This document shows positions 1 through 14,689 of a DNA stretch of 64,000 bases, piece by piece; position 1 is the first letter of the stretch, and each line of letters opens with the position of its first letter. Both the position numbers and the translations under genes were made by a program. The notes beneath the pieces are model-generated. The model saw only the letters and a list, made by a program, of their open reading frames with translations. It made no database searches and was not told the DNA's origin. Origin of the DNA: the human T2T-CHM13v2.0 reference genome, Homo sapiens; contig CP086569.2 of the NCBI GenBank assembly GCA_009914755.4, positions 5,344,001-5,408,000 on the forward strand, in the 5' to 3' direction.

Positions 1-609
1 TTTATGGAGGAAATTTACTGGTGTGTATTAATAATGGAAGCACTTTTTTAAAGCAAGGAAAACTGGTATGAATACAATTTTTATATTAAATTTAGATGTC
101 ATGTTTTTATTGATGGTACAGACGACTACAATTGATATATCCAGATTCAAGCCCCTACAAAACACAGTCAGAATATACTGGTACCTGTCTCTTCATACTG
201 CCTTCACCCAGATTCTATGATTCCTTTAAGTGAACAGAAAGTCTATTCAGTAGGGTAGAATTTTAACAGCATAACTGGAGAGCTCCTGCTGTCCAAATGC
301 ATGCTTCCATGTGGAGGCCTGGAATAAAAAGGCCATTATAGCTTTTGGTACACTCTGTGGGAGAGAGTAGAGAGAGAAGTTGTAATGATTAGCAAGTAAG
401 TTTTGTGATTGGCATAAAAACTAGGGAGGCATAAAAGAATTTACTTTTGTGCATATTGTTCCATTTTTACCAGAGTGACTTATAATTTAGAGGCTTATTT
501 ATTCCAAAGACCAGTAAGAACTTACTACATAAGAGACATGTAGTCTATCAAATAAGGAGAGTGGTTAAAGTCTCGTTTTTAGTATCATTGACTTCGAAGG
601 TTAAATTCC

Positions 610-914
610 TTTTTTTTCTTTTTTTTTTTTTTTGAGGCGGAGTCTCGCTCTGTCACCCAGGCTGGAGTGCAATGGAGCCGTCTGGGCTCAGTGTAAGCTC
701 CGCTTCCCGGGTTCATGTGATTCTCGTGCCTCAGGCTCCTGAGCAGCTGGGATTACAGTTGCCCGCCATCATGCCGGGCTAATTTTTGTATTTCTGTAGA
801 GACAGGGTTTCACCATGTTGGTCAGACTGGTCTTGAACTCCTGACCTCAGGTGATCCTCCCCCTTCAGCCTATCAAAGTACTGGGGTTACAGGTTTGAGC
901 CACCACACCCAGCC
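610..914 (-). mobile_element. Full-length Alu (AluS-like), antisense
   Basis: Poly-T head at 610-633, then the reverse complement of the Alu consensus (gaggcggagtctcgctctgtcacccaggctggagtgcaatgg ... gccaccacacccagcc). Flanked by ~13 bp direct repeats (aaggttaaattcc / aagggttaaattc). Confidence 0.9.
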
Positions 915-2712
915 TCAAGGGTTAAATTCTTGAATTGATAATTAATTCCCTGATATGCTTACAATTCTGTTTTTATGAGTACACATTTAAATAAAGCTTT
1001 TGCATCAGTCTGATCGAAAAATTAGTAGAATTAGTTTAAAGGTGTGATTACATCCAACATTTCAAGTTAAAAATATAAAATTGTGATCACACTTAATCCC
1101 TTTGGTTTACAAATAGCATTTTCTCTGATATCATTTTCTGCTAAATTGTATGATATGGTGTAGGGGAAGTATTATCACTAGCCTTCAGGCACTGTCAGTG
1201 TGTGTCTACGCCTTTTATTTTAAAAATGTGAACCCAATGATAAACTTCGAATATTTGATTTAATGTACTATGTGGTGAGCTGATTTTTACACAACAGAGA
1301 ACCTTTGTCTACTCTTAGAAATAGAGCAAAGAAAAATATTTGAATTTTATATTTGAAATAATCTTAAGGATCATAGAATCCAAGTTCTTTATTGTGTAAT
1401 GGGAAAACTAAGTTTTAAAGCAGATGTGACTTACCCACAATCACACATTTATTCAGTTGTGGAACAAAGAATATAATCTGAAAGAAAAATTATTGGACAA
1501 ATAATATCCATCTATCAGATTCTAGCCAGAATGGGGTTAACATCAGAAAACTCTATACTATCAGAGAAGACTGCATTGATTTAAAGTACAAATAATGTTA
1601 TCTTCCATCAACATACATGAAAGACGAGTCTTAGAAAATTCTTATCTCTCTGTATATATAACACTTTTTTCAATAAAAATGTAAATCATATTACTTGTGT
1701 TTTATCAATTCTCATTTTGAGAATGGATAGCAAAAAAATTGAAAATAATAGTTCTCATATGTTAATGCAAGGAAAAAAAATAAGGTCATGCCAAATTCCC
1801 CATTTTCTTCTACAAATTACAGATGTTATTTCAGTCTAAATTAAGTTGCTATGTAGTAATAATCCATTTAGGTGGAGAAAAATATCCAAGTTTACATTCA
1901 TATTAGGAACTATGTAAAACATGTAGGTGTCTGATGAAATTTTGTGTTTCCTTGCAGTATTTCAAACCATACAATTATTTCATCACTGCCCTCCATTTAC
2001 GCAAGTATATTCCCTTTAACTTAAAAAATAGTATATCTGAAAGTGAGCTTTAGATACTGTCCTTCATATTGGGTCTATGTCTGCAGGGGCAAAGAGACCA
2101 CATATCATCTAGTCAGCACTCAATTATTATATTTCAAATGCTTGTTGCCTGAAATACCCATCTTTTGTTCTCCTCACTGTGTCTTTGCAACGCGCCTTAG
2201 CACAGTATCTTATTGACCTCCTTGGAGCACTAAGATCATTCACTGCATGGGAAGAAATGATTTTCCTCCTCAGCATGGACATATTTACTGCACCTTTAGG
2301 GAAGCCCAGCAAAAAAGAAGCAGCTTCCAGATAGTTTTGTTAGAAAATACTATTACAGAAATTCTGCATAAATTCCGTTTTAGGAATTGTTAACTCTTTC
2401 TGTGAATTTAAGTAGTATTAAGGTGATTTGGCAAGAACTGTGAAAATTAATGATTGATTTCTCTATTGGCTCATAACTGTCAAGATTCTTGGATAAACTA
2501 TTTAGAACACGACATAAAAGATAAGAGATTAGTAGTAAAAGGAAACGGTTATAAAATAAAACATGTTGAAATAATAGCAGATATTTTTTAAATGTTGCTT
2601 ACTTAAGGTAATATTTGTTATGGAAAGATGCTATCGAAATGCAGATTCTACTTCTCACCTGGAGTTTCTAAGGGAAGATTAAATTGTAATCTTAGAAAAA
2701 AAATGTGAATGA

Positions 2713-2800
2713 ATGTCTCTCTCTTCCTTCCTCCCTTTCTCCCTGTCTCCCTCTCTCTCTCCATCCCTCGCTCTCCCTTCTTCTTCTTTTCTTACCTCCT
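2713..2800. repeat. CT-rich polypyrimidine low-complexity tract
   Basis: tctctcttccttcctccctttctccctgtctccctctctctctccatccctcgctctcccttcttcttcttttcttacctcc: near-pure pyrimidine on the + strand. Confidence 0.7.
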
Positions 2801-2935
2801 TAACATTTTGAATGTTTCTAGTAACTTTTCTTATACCATTATGAGGATTTATATTTAGTGTTTATTTTTCCTGTCGAGGCCTTTAGAAGGTAAACATTTA
2901 CCTTGAGAAAAAAATGATAGTTGTACATTTTTTTC

Positions 2936-3142
<207 letters not shown>

Positions 3143-3408
3143 GAATTTTAACATCTATTAAAATGTCATTTTGGCAATACAGAAATTACATTAACATGTT
3201 TATTCTATTTTTGTAAAGTGTCAATAGCTTCAATATATGTAAAAGGTGATTAAAACCAAAAGCCTTTTTAAAAAGGAGATGATCTGGTTTCTTCCTTCCT
3301 CACAATCCAAGTTTAAATTGTGCATTGTCATCTATAAAATACTCTTAAAGGAAAGAACTCATTCCTTTCCTGCAATTCTATTTTTTTTAATTCTTTCCTT
3401 TTCTAAGT

Positions 3409-3709
3409 TTTGTTTGTTTGTTTGTTTTGAGACATCCTTTCAGTTGTCCAGGCTGGAGTGCAGTGACACAATCATGGCTCACTGCTCGCTTGACCTCCCC
3501 AGGCTTACGTGATCCTCGCACCTCAGCCTCCTGAGTAGCTGGGACTTCCGGCAGGCACCACCACTCCTGGCTAATTTTTGTAGTTTTTGTAGAGACAGGG
3601 TTTCACTATGTTGCTCAGGCTGATCTCAGACTCCTGGGCTCAAGCAATCCACTAGCTTCAGCTTCCCAAAGTGCTGGGATTGCAGGCATGAGCCATCGCA
3701 CACAGCCCC
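3409..3709 (-). mobile_element. Full-length Alu, antisense, with (TTTG)n-type tail
   Basis: tttgtttgtttgtttgtttt then RC Alu body (gagacatcctttcagttgtccaggctggagtgcagtg ... gggattgcaggcatgagccatcgcacacagccc). Confidence 0.9.
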
Positions 3710-6700
3710 TAAAATTCTCTTATCTAGCCTTCTGGCATCTTATCATCAGCGTGTGGAATGATAGTTGCTGATGTTGTCAAACCTATGATAACATGATGAA
3801 GTTCCCAAAGTTAATTTCGGTTAACACTAGCACCTTCTGAAATGTGAGCCAATTTCAATACTGCAATGCCAAGCTTTCCTTTCAGCCATTTTGCCCTTAT
3901 CTCCCACAATGCTATAGAAAGTAGTGATCTTAAAAGATGACAGAGCCAACACCAAATGACATAAATTCTACTTAAAATGTTTGCTCATAGGATCAAAGAA
4001 GAAAAAGGTACACTTGTTTTTCAGTGACATGTTCGATCCATCATTAGAGAATATTGCAAGCATTACTAGAGTTATTAAAATTATTCATTTTAAATTATTA
4101 AAATTATGTCAGCTGAAACAGTCAAAACATAAATTAAAGGCTCAGAAGGTCTTTAAAAATATCTAATCAGTTTTGTTAATGTGTGAAAAAAACAGTGCAA
4201 TTGTCATTTATTGAAATCAGGCTTAAAGTGTACCATTCAACAGTTTAAAGCCTACACCAGGTACATCTGATCATTGTAGGACTAGATGCTATATAAAAAA
4301 TGATTCACTATATATTCTCACAAGGCACATTATGCAACTCCAAAATACTCTCTTTCAGTACTTTATGAGGGACACAAATGTGTAATTGTCAAATATGACA
4401 ATAATGTCTAATTAAGAAAGTACATATACATATATAATATGTATATGTATGCACATACATTTGACTTTGCTTTTCTAACTTAAAATTTAACTTAATGCCT
4501 TACATTGCCTTATTTTGTAGCACTCATTTATAATTTCGTCTTGAACATGAAATGGACTTTCACTTCATTTCATTTGCTGCTTACTTAGAAAGTATCATGA
4601 TTTCAGTTCAATGTGAAAATGCTACCTGTATTGTTCAACCTGAAATTAAGTGTCTCTGTTCAGTGCTTACATTTACTTTCAACACAGTTTCTTTATGTGT
4701 GTAAATGAGTTCTGAAACAATAGAAAAAATGAGAAGTTGCATGAAAATGATGAACATTTTCAAATTCGTGATCTAAATTCAGATTCACCGAGTTCCTCTG
4801 TAAAATACTTGTTAAGAAAACATGTATTTCTCACCATGAGTAGTGCCTTTTTTCCTGTGGTTTATCTATTTAGAACAAAACTTTAATGATTTATTTAATC
4901 TCTCCCTAAGATCCTTTTCACGATGGCGAAAGAGAGCAAAAAACATCTATGGTTCAGAATAAATAAAACAAAGTCATCTCACTGAAATATACATAAAAAG
5001 AAACTCAAGTATATTATTAAAAAGCAGCATATGTATTTTTATTTAATATATTTTAATAGACATAATAATTGAACATATTTATGGGGTACATAGTGATGTT
5101 TTGATACATACAATGCATAGTGATCAAATCAGGGTAATTAGCATATCAGTCACTTAAAGCATTTATGATTTCTTGTAGTGGGAATATTCGAAATCCTCTC
5201 GTCTAGCTTTTTGAAAACATATCATAAATTATTGTAAACTAGAGTAATCCTACAGTGCTATAGAATGCTAGAACTTAATCTTCCTATCTAGTTGTAATTT
5301 TGTATCCTTTAATGAATGTCTCCCTCTCTCCTCTTCTCCCTACCCTTTGTAGCTTCTAGTAACCGCAATTCTACTCTCTACTTACGTGGGATCAAATTTT
5401 TAGTTTCCAAATATAAGTGGAAACATGCGGTATTAATCCTTTGTGCCTGGTTTATTTCACTTAGTATAATATGCTTCAGGCTCACCCATATCTGTGTATT
5501 CATTTAAAAAGCATATTAAATGTGCTATGAAATAAAGGGTTTGCATTTTTCCTATTGTAATATCATAAATATCTTCCTTGGATATCTAGGTACTCTCTCA
5601 CTTATATAGTTAAAAAATAAACCCATGATTATTTTAGTATAAATTTCTGGAATAGTTTTCTTTCTGAATTTTTTAAATTTTAATTTATTTTTGTATATAG
5701 TAAGTATATATATTTATGTGATACCTTGGATATTTTGAATCAGGCATGCAATATGTAATAATCAAATCATGGAGAATGGGGTACCCATCTCCTCAAGTAT
5801 TTATCCTTTATGTTACAAACCATCCAATTATATTCATTTAGTTATTTTTAAATGTATAATTAAATTATTATCGACTATAGTCATCCTGTTGTGCTATCAA
5901 ATACTTGGTCTTATTAATTCTTTCTAACTATTTTTGCACTCATTAACCATCCCCATCTAAATCCCACCACACACTACCCTTCCCCACCCTGGGTAATCAT
6001 CCTTTTACTTTCTATTTCCATGAGTTCAGTTGTTTTGATTTTTAGATCCCACAAATAAGTTAGAACATATGATGTTTATCTTTCTGTTCCTGGCTTATTT
6101 CACTTAACATAATGATCTCCAGTTCCATTCATATTGTTGCATATGACTGGATCTCATTCTTTTTTATGGCTAAATAGTACTCCATTGTATATATGTACCA
6201 CATTTCTTTCTCTGTTCATCTGTTGATGGAAACTTAGGTTGCTTACAAATCTTAGCTACTGTGAACAGTGCTGCACAAACATAGGAGTGCAAATGTCTCT
6301 TTGATATACTGATTTCCTTTCTTTTTGGTATATGCCAAGCAGGGGAATTGCTGGATCATATGGTAGCTCAATTTTTGTTTTTTTGAAAAAACTCCAAACT
6401 GTTCTCTAGAGTGGTTGTACTAATTTATATTTCCACCATCAGTGTACTAGGGTTCCCTTTACTCTACATCTGTGCTAGCATTTGTTATTGCCTGTGTTTT
6501 GGATAAAAGCCAATTTAACTGGGTTGAGAGGATATCTCATTGTAGTTTTGATTTGTATTTCTTTTTCATATACTTGTTTGACATCTGTATTTCTTCTTTT
6601 GAGAAAGGTCTATTTAAATCTTTTGCCCATTTTTTTTTTGCTCAGATTATTAATTTCCTATAGACTTGTTTGAACTCCTTATATATTCTGTTTATTAATT

Positions 6701-8037
6701 TTTGTCAGATGGGTAGGTTGCAAATATTTTCTCCCCTTCTGTGGGTTGTCTCTTCACTTTGTTGATAGCTTCCTCTGCTGTGCAGAAGCTTTTTAACTTA
6801 ATGTGATCTCGTTTGTTTATTTTTGCTTTGGTTGTCTGTGCTTGTACTCATGAAATTTTTGCCCAGACCAATGTCCTAGAGAGTTTCTCCAATGTTTTCT
6901 TGTAGTAGGTTCATAGTTTGAAGTCTTAGATTTAAATATTTAATCCATTTTGATTTTATTTTTGTATAGGATGAGAGGAGGGTCTAGTTTTATTCTCCAT
7001 ACAAATATCCAATTTTCCCAGCCTCATTTATTGAATAAACTTTCTTTTCCCAAGTGTATGTTCTTGGCATTTTTGTCAAAAATGAATTCATTATAAGTGT
7101 GTGGATTTAATTCTGGGTTCTCTATTCTGTTCCATTGGTCTATGTGTCTGTTTTAATGCCACCAGGCTGTGTTGGTTACTATAGCAGTGTAGTATAATTT
7201 GAAGTCAGGTAAGGTGATTCCTCTAGTTTTTTTTTTTTTCCCTCAGGATAGCTTTGATAATTTGGGAATTTTTGTGATTCCATATAAGATTCAGGGTGAT
7301 TTTTCTAGTTCAATGAGTAATGCCACCAGTATTTTGATAAAGATTGCATTGAGTCTGTAGATTGCTTTGAGTATTATGGATGTTTTAACAATATTAATTT
7401 TACCATTTCATGAACATGGAATATCTTTCAATTTTTTGGTGTCCTCCTCAATTTTTTTCATCAGTGTTTTATAGCTTTCATTACAGAGATCTCTCACTTT
7501 TGGTTAATTCCTAGGTATTTACTTTTATTTGTTACTATTGTAAATGCGATAACTTTTTAAAATTTCTCTTACAGATTGTTCCTTGTTGGCATATAAAAAT
7601 ACTACTGCATGTTAATTTTTTATCCTGCAACTTTACTGACCTTGTTCATGAGTTCTAACAGTTTCGTTCGTGCAGTCTTAGGTTTTTCCAAATATAAGAT
7701 CATATCAGCTATAAACAAGGATAATTTGATTTCTTTCACTCCAGTTTTGATGCCCTTTGTATCTTCTCCTGTATGATTGTTCTAGCTAGTTCTTGCTACT
7801 ATGTTGAATTACAGCAGTGAAAGTGGGCATCCTTTCAAGTTTCAGGTGTTAGAGAATAGGATTTCCATTTTTCCCCATTCAGTATGATACTTGCTGAGGT
7901 TCTGTCATACATGGCTTTTATTGCATTGATGTATGTTCCTTCTATACCCATTTCTTTGAGGGTTTTTAATCATAAAGGAATGCTAAATTTTTTCATATAC
8001 TTTCAGCATCAGTTGAAAACATCATATGGATTTTATC

Positions 8038-8355
8038 CTACCTTCTGTTTATATGATTTATCACATTGATTGATTTGTGTGTGTTGAACCACTCTTGCAT
8101 CCCAGGGGTAAATCTCACTTGGTTATAATGAATAATCTTTCTATTGTGTTTTTGAATTTGGTTTGCTAGTATTTTCTTGGAAATTTTTGCATCAATACTC
8201 ATCACGGATATTGTCCTGCAATTTTCGTGTGTGTGTGTGTGTGTGTTTCTTGATGTGCCTTTGTCTGCTTTTGGTATCAGGATAATATTGGCCTCATAGA
8301 ATGAATTTGAAAGTATTCCATCTACCTCTATTTTTAAGAATTGTTTGAGTAGCAT
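8038..8355 (-). pseudogene. L1 ORF2 reverse-transcriptase domain remnant (inside the L1 above)
   Basis: The 105-aa ORF contains [16 protein letters not shown] ... [56 protein letters not shown]. This is the conserved L1 RT N-terminal block (cf. FYEASIILIPK / [20 protein letters not shown] / GFIPGMQGWFN). Flanking frames are interrupted. Confidence 0.8.
8226..8246. repeat. (GT)n microsatellite inside L1
   Basis: gtgtgtgtgtgtgtgtgtgt. Confidence 0.8.
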
Positions 8356-11043
8356 CCTTATTAGCTTTTCTTTACATGTTTGGTAGAATTCAGCGTTGAA
8401 GTCGTCGGGTCTCGGGCTTTTTTAACTGGGATTTTTTTTTTTTATTAAGACTTTGGTCTCATTACTTGTTATTTGTCTGTTCAGGTTTCAGAGTACTTCC
8501 TAATTCAATTTTATTGGGTTGTGCATGTCTTGGAATTTGTCTATTTCTTCTAGATTTTCCAATTTATAGGCATATAGTTGCTCATAGTAGCCACTAATGA
8601 CCCTTTGAATTTCTTGCAGCATCAGTTGTAGCGTCTTCTTTAGCATTTCTAGTTTTACATATTTGAATCTTCTCCTTTTTTATTAGTCAGTCTAGCTAAA
8701 AGTTTGTCAATTTGTTTAACTTTCCCAAAAACCAACTTTTTTCACTCATCTTTTGTATTGTTTTCATTTTAATTTTATTTATTTCTATTCTAATCTTTTT
8801 TTTCTTATACTAATTTTGGTTTGGAATGCTTTTGATTTCCTAGTTCTTTAAGATGCATCATTAGATTGTTTATTTGAAGTTTTTCTCCTCTTTTTTGATG
8901 TAGGCAAATATAGCTATAAACTTTCTTCTTAACACTGCTTTTGCTGTATCCCATAGGTTTTGGTGTTATATTTCCATTATCATTCAATAGGTGGAGTTTT
9001 CTATTCCACCATCTTGCTCCCCCTCCTTTCTTAATTTCTGGAGTTCTAGATAAACTTTCAAAACCACCCACTGTGTTACTCAGAATAGAGAATATGAATG
9101 TGTTGCAGAAGTGACAAAAATTCAGGAGTGAAAGCTTGGTAAATTCAGTATCTCATTCTCCATTATGGGAAAATATTCTTTATTTACACAGAGTCAGTTT
9201 TACTCAAATTGGAAGAACACTAGATCTTCACTGTTAATCAACCAAGAAAAAATTTTTTAATCATAGAACAGTCGGTTTTAGAGGTAGAATATGCCTTGAT
9301 TCTTCTCAACATTTTTCACCAACGTATCTCTATCTGCAAAGAAGAGTTAACTGGCCACTCTGATGACCTGTAAGTTCCTCAAAACATACTATTTATTGTA
9401 AGTATTGTGTTTTAGTTGTGGAAAACAAAGATATTCTACATTCTACTCTTCAATGTCTTGTATACAGCAAGAAGAGGAAATGCCACCTTTCTATGCCATA
9501 TTTTATGCATGCCACTTTCTTTAAATCAGTTAAAAGACTTGCATTATTTACAGCTAAACACTAAAATTTAGCCTGATATTCCAGGCCCTAAAGAATTTTT
9601 TAAAAATTACTATTATTATTTTTAAAAATTTTATGGGTACAGGGTAGGGGTATTTATTTATGGGGAAAATGGCATAACCTAGTTAAAGCCTTAAACCCCT
9701 TAGAATCAGAGGGACTTTATTAATTACATAGTTCAAACATATATATCTAACTATAACCCCTTCGATAATCCTCCATTTTTATAAACTATTCTTCAGCCTA
9801 TAGCACTTAGCAACTCTTAATTTTTAAATTGATATATTATTAATTTTTGAATTGAATATCACCTCTTTGCTCTGAATTTTTTATTAACTCTTTAATGGCT
9901 ACAAAAAATAATTGAAATAAGTTTGTTCTTATCATCTGTTTTCTGTTTTCTATAACTTACACCTATTTTTGTCATTTTCTATATGGCATATTCTTCTCCT
10001 AATGTGAACTGTGAACTAAGAAGGATCCTGCAAAGGAGCCTCACTTTCTTCTTGGCATGCCTTTATATAAGCTAGCTCTTCCCACTGTCAACTTCCCACT
10101 TCCCACCAAACTTTCCATACTGTCTAAGGTTATTCTTTGTTTCCTTAGCCCTCCAAAGCCTCTCAGTTCTCATTTTAGCACTTTCTAGTGTAATTAACTT
10201 GTTTACAAACGCGTATTCTCTATTATAATATCAGAGCCTGAGTAGCAGGGTTTCGCGATGTGTATTTTTGTTTCTGCAATGCTTAACCCAACACCTGGTG
10301 CAACATAGGAACCTCATAACTTTTAAAATGCATGCTGAATAATAGTATCAGAAAGAATCTTAGAGATCATCCAGTTCTACATCTTCACTATTAAAGAAAA
10401 TAAAATTAAGGCCCACACAGCAGAAGTGGTTTGCTAAGTTTATAAGGTTTAAACTTTGTTTGAAATGGAAGGGAATTTTTAATTCAAGTGCATAGTCTAA
10501 AACACAGAAGAAATATTTGATTTGACCTTCAGTACTTCTTTTAAATATGTACCTAGGATCTATCATGATGATATTTTAACATTCACATAAAAAATTAGGT
10601 TTATGATAGGGAGGTTATTTTTCAACTTCTCAAGGGACCTGAAATTTTGACAGAAAAATGTCTAATATTTTCTGGAATATAATAATACTGTAATCCTGAT
10701 ATAACCAAAGGAAATACAAATCATACAGATTAGAGACTTCAATGGAATATTTTAAAGTTTATTGTAGGCAGTGCTTGCAGTTTGGAGACGTCTGAGGTCT
10801 GAGATCTTAAACTAACACATTCATGACTTCAGATAACTGGTGCTATGGCTATTGTATTTCCAAAGCCATAGTTTCCCTTATGAAACAGCTGCTTGGTATT
10901 TGCATAGCACTTGCATTACCATCCCTTCTATTCAATTTTAGAAAGGTTCTGTCCTTCTCTGATTAAAAGAATTATTGATCAAAAGTCTTATTTCATAAGC
11001 TATTATGACAGAGGCTCCTGGAAGGTCCTTTTGGCTAAACACA

Positions 11044-13379
11044 TGTATTAGCTCATTCTCACACTGCTATGAAGAAATACCCAAAACTGGGTAATTTGTA
11101 AAGGTAAGAGGTATGATTGACTCACAATTTCACATTGCTGTGGAGGCCTCAGGAAACTTACAATTATGGCAGAAGCCAAAGCAAGCACCATCTTTGCAGG
11201 GTGACAGAAAGGAGTGAGTGCTGAGCAAAATGTAAAAAGCCACTTATAAAACTATCAGATCTTGTGAGAACTCACTATCATGAGAACAGCATGGGGGTAA
11301 CCACCAACATGAGCCAATTACCTCCCACTGGGTCCCTCCCATGACATGTAGGGATCATGAGAAAAATAATTCAAGATAAGATTTGGGTGGAGACACAGCC
11401 AAACCACACAATTCCACCCCTGTCCCCACCCAAATCTTATATACTCACACTTCAAAACACAATAATACCTTTCCAACAGTCCCCCAGAGTTTTAGCTCAT
11501 TCCAGCATTAACCCAAAAGTCCAAGTCCAAAGTCTCATCCAAGACAAGGCAAGTCACTTCTGCCTGTGAGCCTGTAAAATCAAAAGCAAGTTAGTTATTT
11601 CCTGGAAACAATGAAAGTATGGAAATTGGGTAATTCTATCTGTTCCAAGTGAGATAAATTGGCAAAAACCAAGAGGCTACAGAACCTATGCAAGTACAAA
11701 ACCCAACAGAGAAGTCAATAAATCTTAACACTCCAAAGCGATTTTCTTTAACTCCATGTCTCACATCCAGGTCACACTGATGCAAGAGGTGGACTCTCAT
11801 GATCTTAGGCTGGTCCACGCCTGTGGCTTTGTAGGGTACAGCCCTGCTCTGGGCTGCTTTCACAGGCTGGAATTTAGTGTCTGCAGCTTTTCCAGGTGCA
11901 CATTGCAATCTGTTGGTGGACCTACCATTCTGGGGTCTGTGACCCTCTTCTCACAGCTCCACTAGGCAGTGCCCCAAAGGGGACTTTGTGTGAGGGCTCC
12001 AATTTCACATTTCCCTTCTGCACTGCCCTAGAAGAGGTTCTCCATGAGGGCTCCACCCATGCAGCAAACTTCTGCCTGGCTATCCAGGTGTTTCCATACA
12101 TCCTCTGAAATCTAGTTGAAGGTTCCCAAAACTCAATTTTTCACTCTGTGCACCAGAAAGCCCAACACCATGTATAATTCACCAAGGCTTGGGGCTTGCA
12201 CCCTCTGAAGCAACTTCCTTAGCTGTATGTTGACCTCTTCTAGCCATGGCTGAGACTGAAGCAGCTGGGATGCAAGGCACCATGCCCTGAGGCTGCACAG
12301 AGAAGGGCCCTGGGCCCAGCCCATGAAACCATTTTTCCTTCTAGGCCTCCAGGTCTTTGATGGAAAGAATTGCTGTGAAGGTCTCTGACATGCTCTGCAG
12401 ACATTTCACCCACTGCCTTGGGAATTAGCATTCAGCTCCTTGTTAATTAGGCAAATTTCTGCAGAAGGCTTGAATTTCTCCCCCAGAAAATGAAATGGAT
12501 TTCTCCTTTCTATTGCACCATGAAGCTGAAAATTTTCCAAACGTTTATGCTCTGCTTCCTCTTAATGCTTTGCCACTTAGAAATTTCTTCTGCCAGATAC
12601 CCTAAATCATCTCTCTCAAGTTCAAAGTTCCACAGATCTCTAGAGCAGGGGCAAAATCCCACCAGTCTCTTCACTAAAGCACAGCAAGAATCATATTTAT
12701 TCCAATACCCAAGAAATTTTTTTTCTCCATTTGAAACCACCTCAGCTTGGACTGCGTTGTCTATATCACTATCAGCACTTTGGTCAAAGCCATTCAACAA
12801 GTCTCTGGGAAGTTCTAAACTTTCCCACATTTTCCTGTCTACTTCTGAGCCCTCCAAGCCTCTATGAAGGTCCAAACTTTCCCATATTTTTCTATCTTCT
12901 TTAGAGCCCTCCAAGCTGTTTCAATCTCTGCCTGTTACCCAGTTCCAAAGTTGCTTCCACATTTTCTAATGTCTTTATAGCAGTGCACCAGTACCTTGGT
13001 ACCAATTTACTGTATTAGTTTATTCTCACAGTGACATGAAAAAAAAACCTAGGGTGAATAATTTATAAAGGGAAGAGGTTTAATTGACTCACAGTTCTGC
13101 ATTGCTGGGGAGACCTCAGGAAACTTACAATTATGGCAAAAGGCAAAGCAGGCACTTTCTTCACAGGGTGGCTGGATGGAGTGAGTGCTGAGCAAAGGGG
13201 GAAAAGCCCTTTATAATACCATCTGATCTTGTGAGAACTCACTAACATGAGAACAGCATGGGGATAACCACCCTTATGATTCAATTATCTCCCACTTGTT
13301 CTCTCCCACAGCATATGGAGATTATGGAAACTACAATTCAAAATGAGATTTGAGTGGAGACACAGCCAAACCATATCAA
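11044..13379 (-). mobile_element. Complete ERVL-MaLR element (THE1/MST-type) with both LTRs, antisense
   Basis: LTR copies at 11044-11410 and 13011-13379. Both begin tgtattag...ctcacac...gggtaatttataaag...cctcaggaaacttacaattatggc and end ...agatttg(g/a)gtggagacacagccaaacca(t/c)a(t)ca, the reverse complement of the THE1/MST LTR (TGATATGGTTTGGCTGTGTCCCCACCCAAATC...ACTAATACA). Internal 11411-13010 matches MaLR-int. The same internal sequence recurs at 36738-38607 and 54733-56310 in the opposite orientation. Confidence 0.8.
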
Positions 13380-14653
13380 CACATAATAAGTTTCACAGGT
13401 GACTCAGTATTTGAATATGCAGCATTCAAAACATCACAATTTAATCTTGACATTGTTCTTCCATCATAACGCAGGTTGAGTTGTTTTTTTCCCTGCCCAT
13501 TTTTCTATGTGCCCAGACATATTGTAGAAAATAAAGTTGCTGAATGACTAAGTGAATGAGTTGTCTTTTAAAAAGGCACATGCTCATAGAAGAGTTACAT
13601 TGTTACTAATAGCATAATATAAAAGAATATATCAAATAATGTTTAAACTCTCTGAAAATATGGAGTTCATTAGGAAGGAACTGGTTAAAGAGTAAATTAG
13701 ATTAAGACTTATGTGCTTGAAGTTCTATATGAAAACAAGAAAAAAAATAAGGTCATCCACTGCTACACTCAACTTATGAGTGATTTGTCATGCTTTCCAG
13801 GACTAAGGAGATAAGATCAATTCTTTGTAAAGTATCATAAATCCTACTAAAAACTCTTGGAAAAATATTGGTGTAAACTCCTCTAAGTAGAAAAGATAAG
13901 AATAAATTTGAGATGATTAACTTTCTATCAAAACATTTTTCTTCCATTCTATAGACTAGTGTTTTGTTTATATTTGTCTTAGTAATTAAATAATTATAGA
14001 TAGTTTCAGAATAACTTGCTGGTATCTTAACTTAATTGATCTTGATTAAGTAATCATGTTTATTTTAAGATATTAATTGCTATGTCAAGTAACAGTCAAA
14101 CATAATTATCTTTGCTAGGTTTTAAAATTTGTTTCTAACATTTAATATTTGAGAAATTATGAGTCATATAATTAAATTTTGTTTAAAATTTAAGCTATGG
14201 GAACACTTTTTACATTTAATAATTATAATTTAAAATCCTTGCCAAAATTTCCATTGGGCATCTAGTTGATTTTACTTGTCATTGATTCAAAATAACAAGC
14301 AGCCACTTAGTAGATGTGTGGGAGGACATTTGGGTATTTTGTAATTAACTCAAAGGCTTTTGTATGAAAAAAGTGATGTCAAAAAAATCTGAAAATTATG
14401 TTCATGTGTATTGAGATGAGTGCATTGGGAAATTTATGAAAACAGAATCATTTGCAGGATTAAGAAAAAAGAATAAATAAAATGCTACATAATATGATCT
14501 ACATTTCTGAATGTTTATGACTAATCAAATATTGATGCTTGTTAAAAAGCCTTTAAAAAAATACAAATAGAGCAAAGGAAGAGCAAGATTGTGAAATATA
14601 AGCCTACGCTGTTTATCCCCCAAAAGGAATACCAAATTTTAACAAGTATCTTT

Positions 14654-14676
14654 ACACACACACACACACACACCAC
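14654..14676. repeat. (CA)n microsatellite
   Basis: acacacacacacacacacaccac. Confidence 0.85.
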
Positions 14677-14689
14677 TGTCATAAGAACC

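Larger units (their letters stand above)
5040..9075 (-). mobile_element. L1 (older primate L1P/L1M-type), 3'UTR plus most of ORF2, antisense
   Basis: Continuous similarity to the reverse complement of L1 ORF2 and 3' region (e.g. ttctctattctgttccattggtctatgtgtctgttttaatgccaccaggctgtgttggttactatagcagtgtagtataatttgaagtcagg). The ORF-track frames at 8038-8355(-) and 8805-9071(-) translate to L1 ORF2 protein. Confidence 0.8.
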
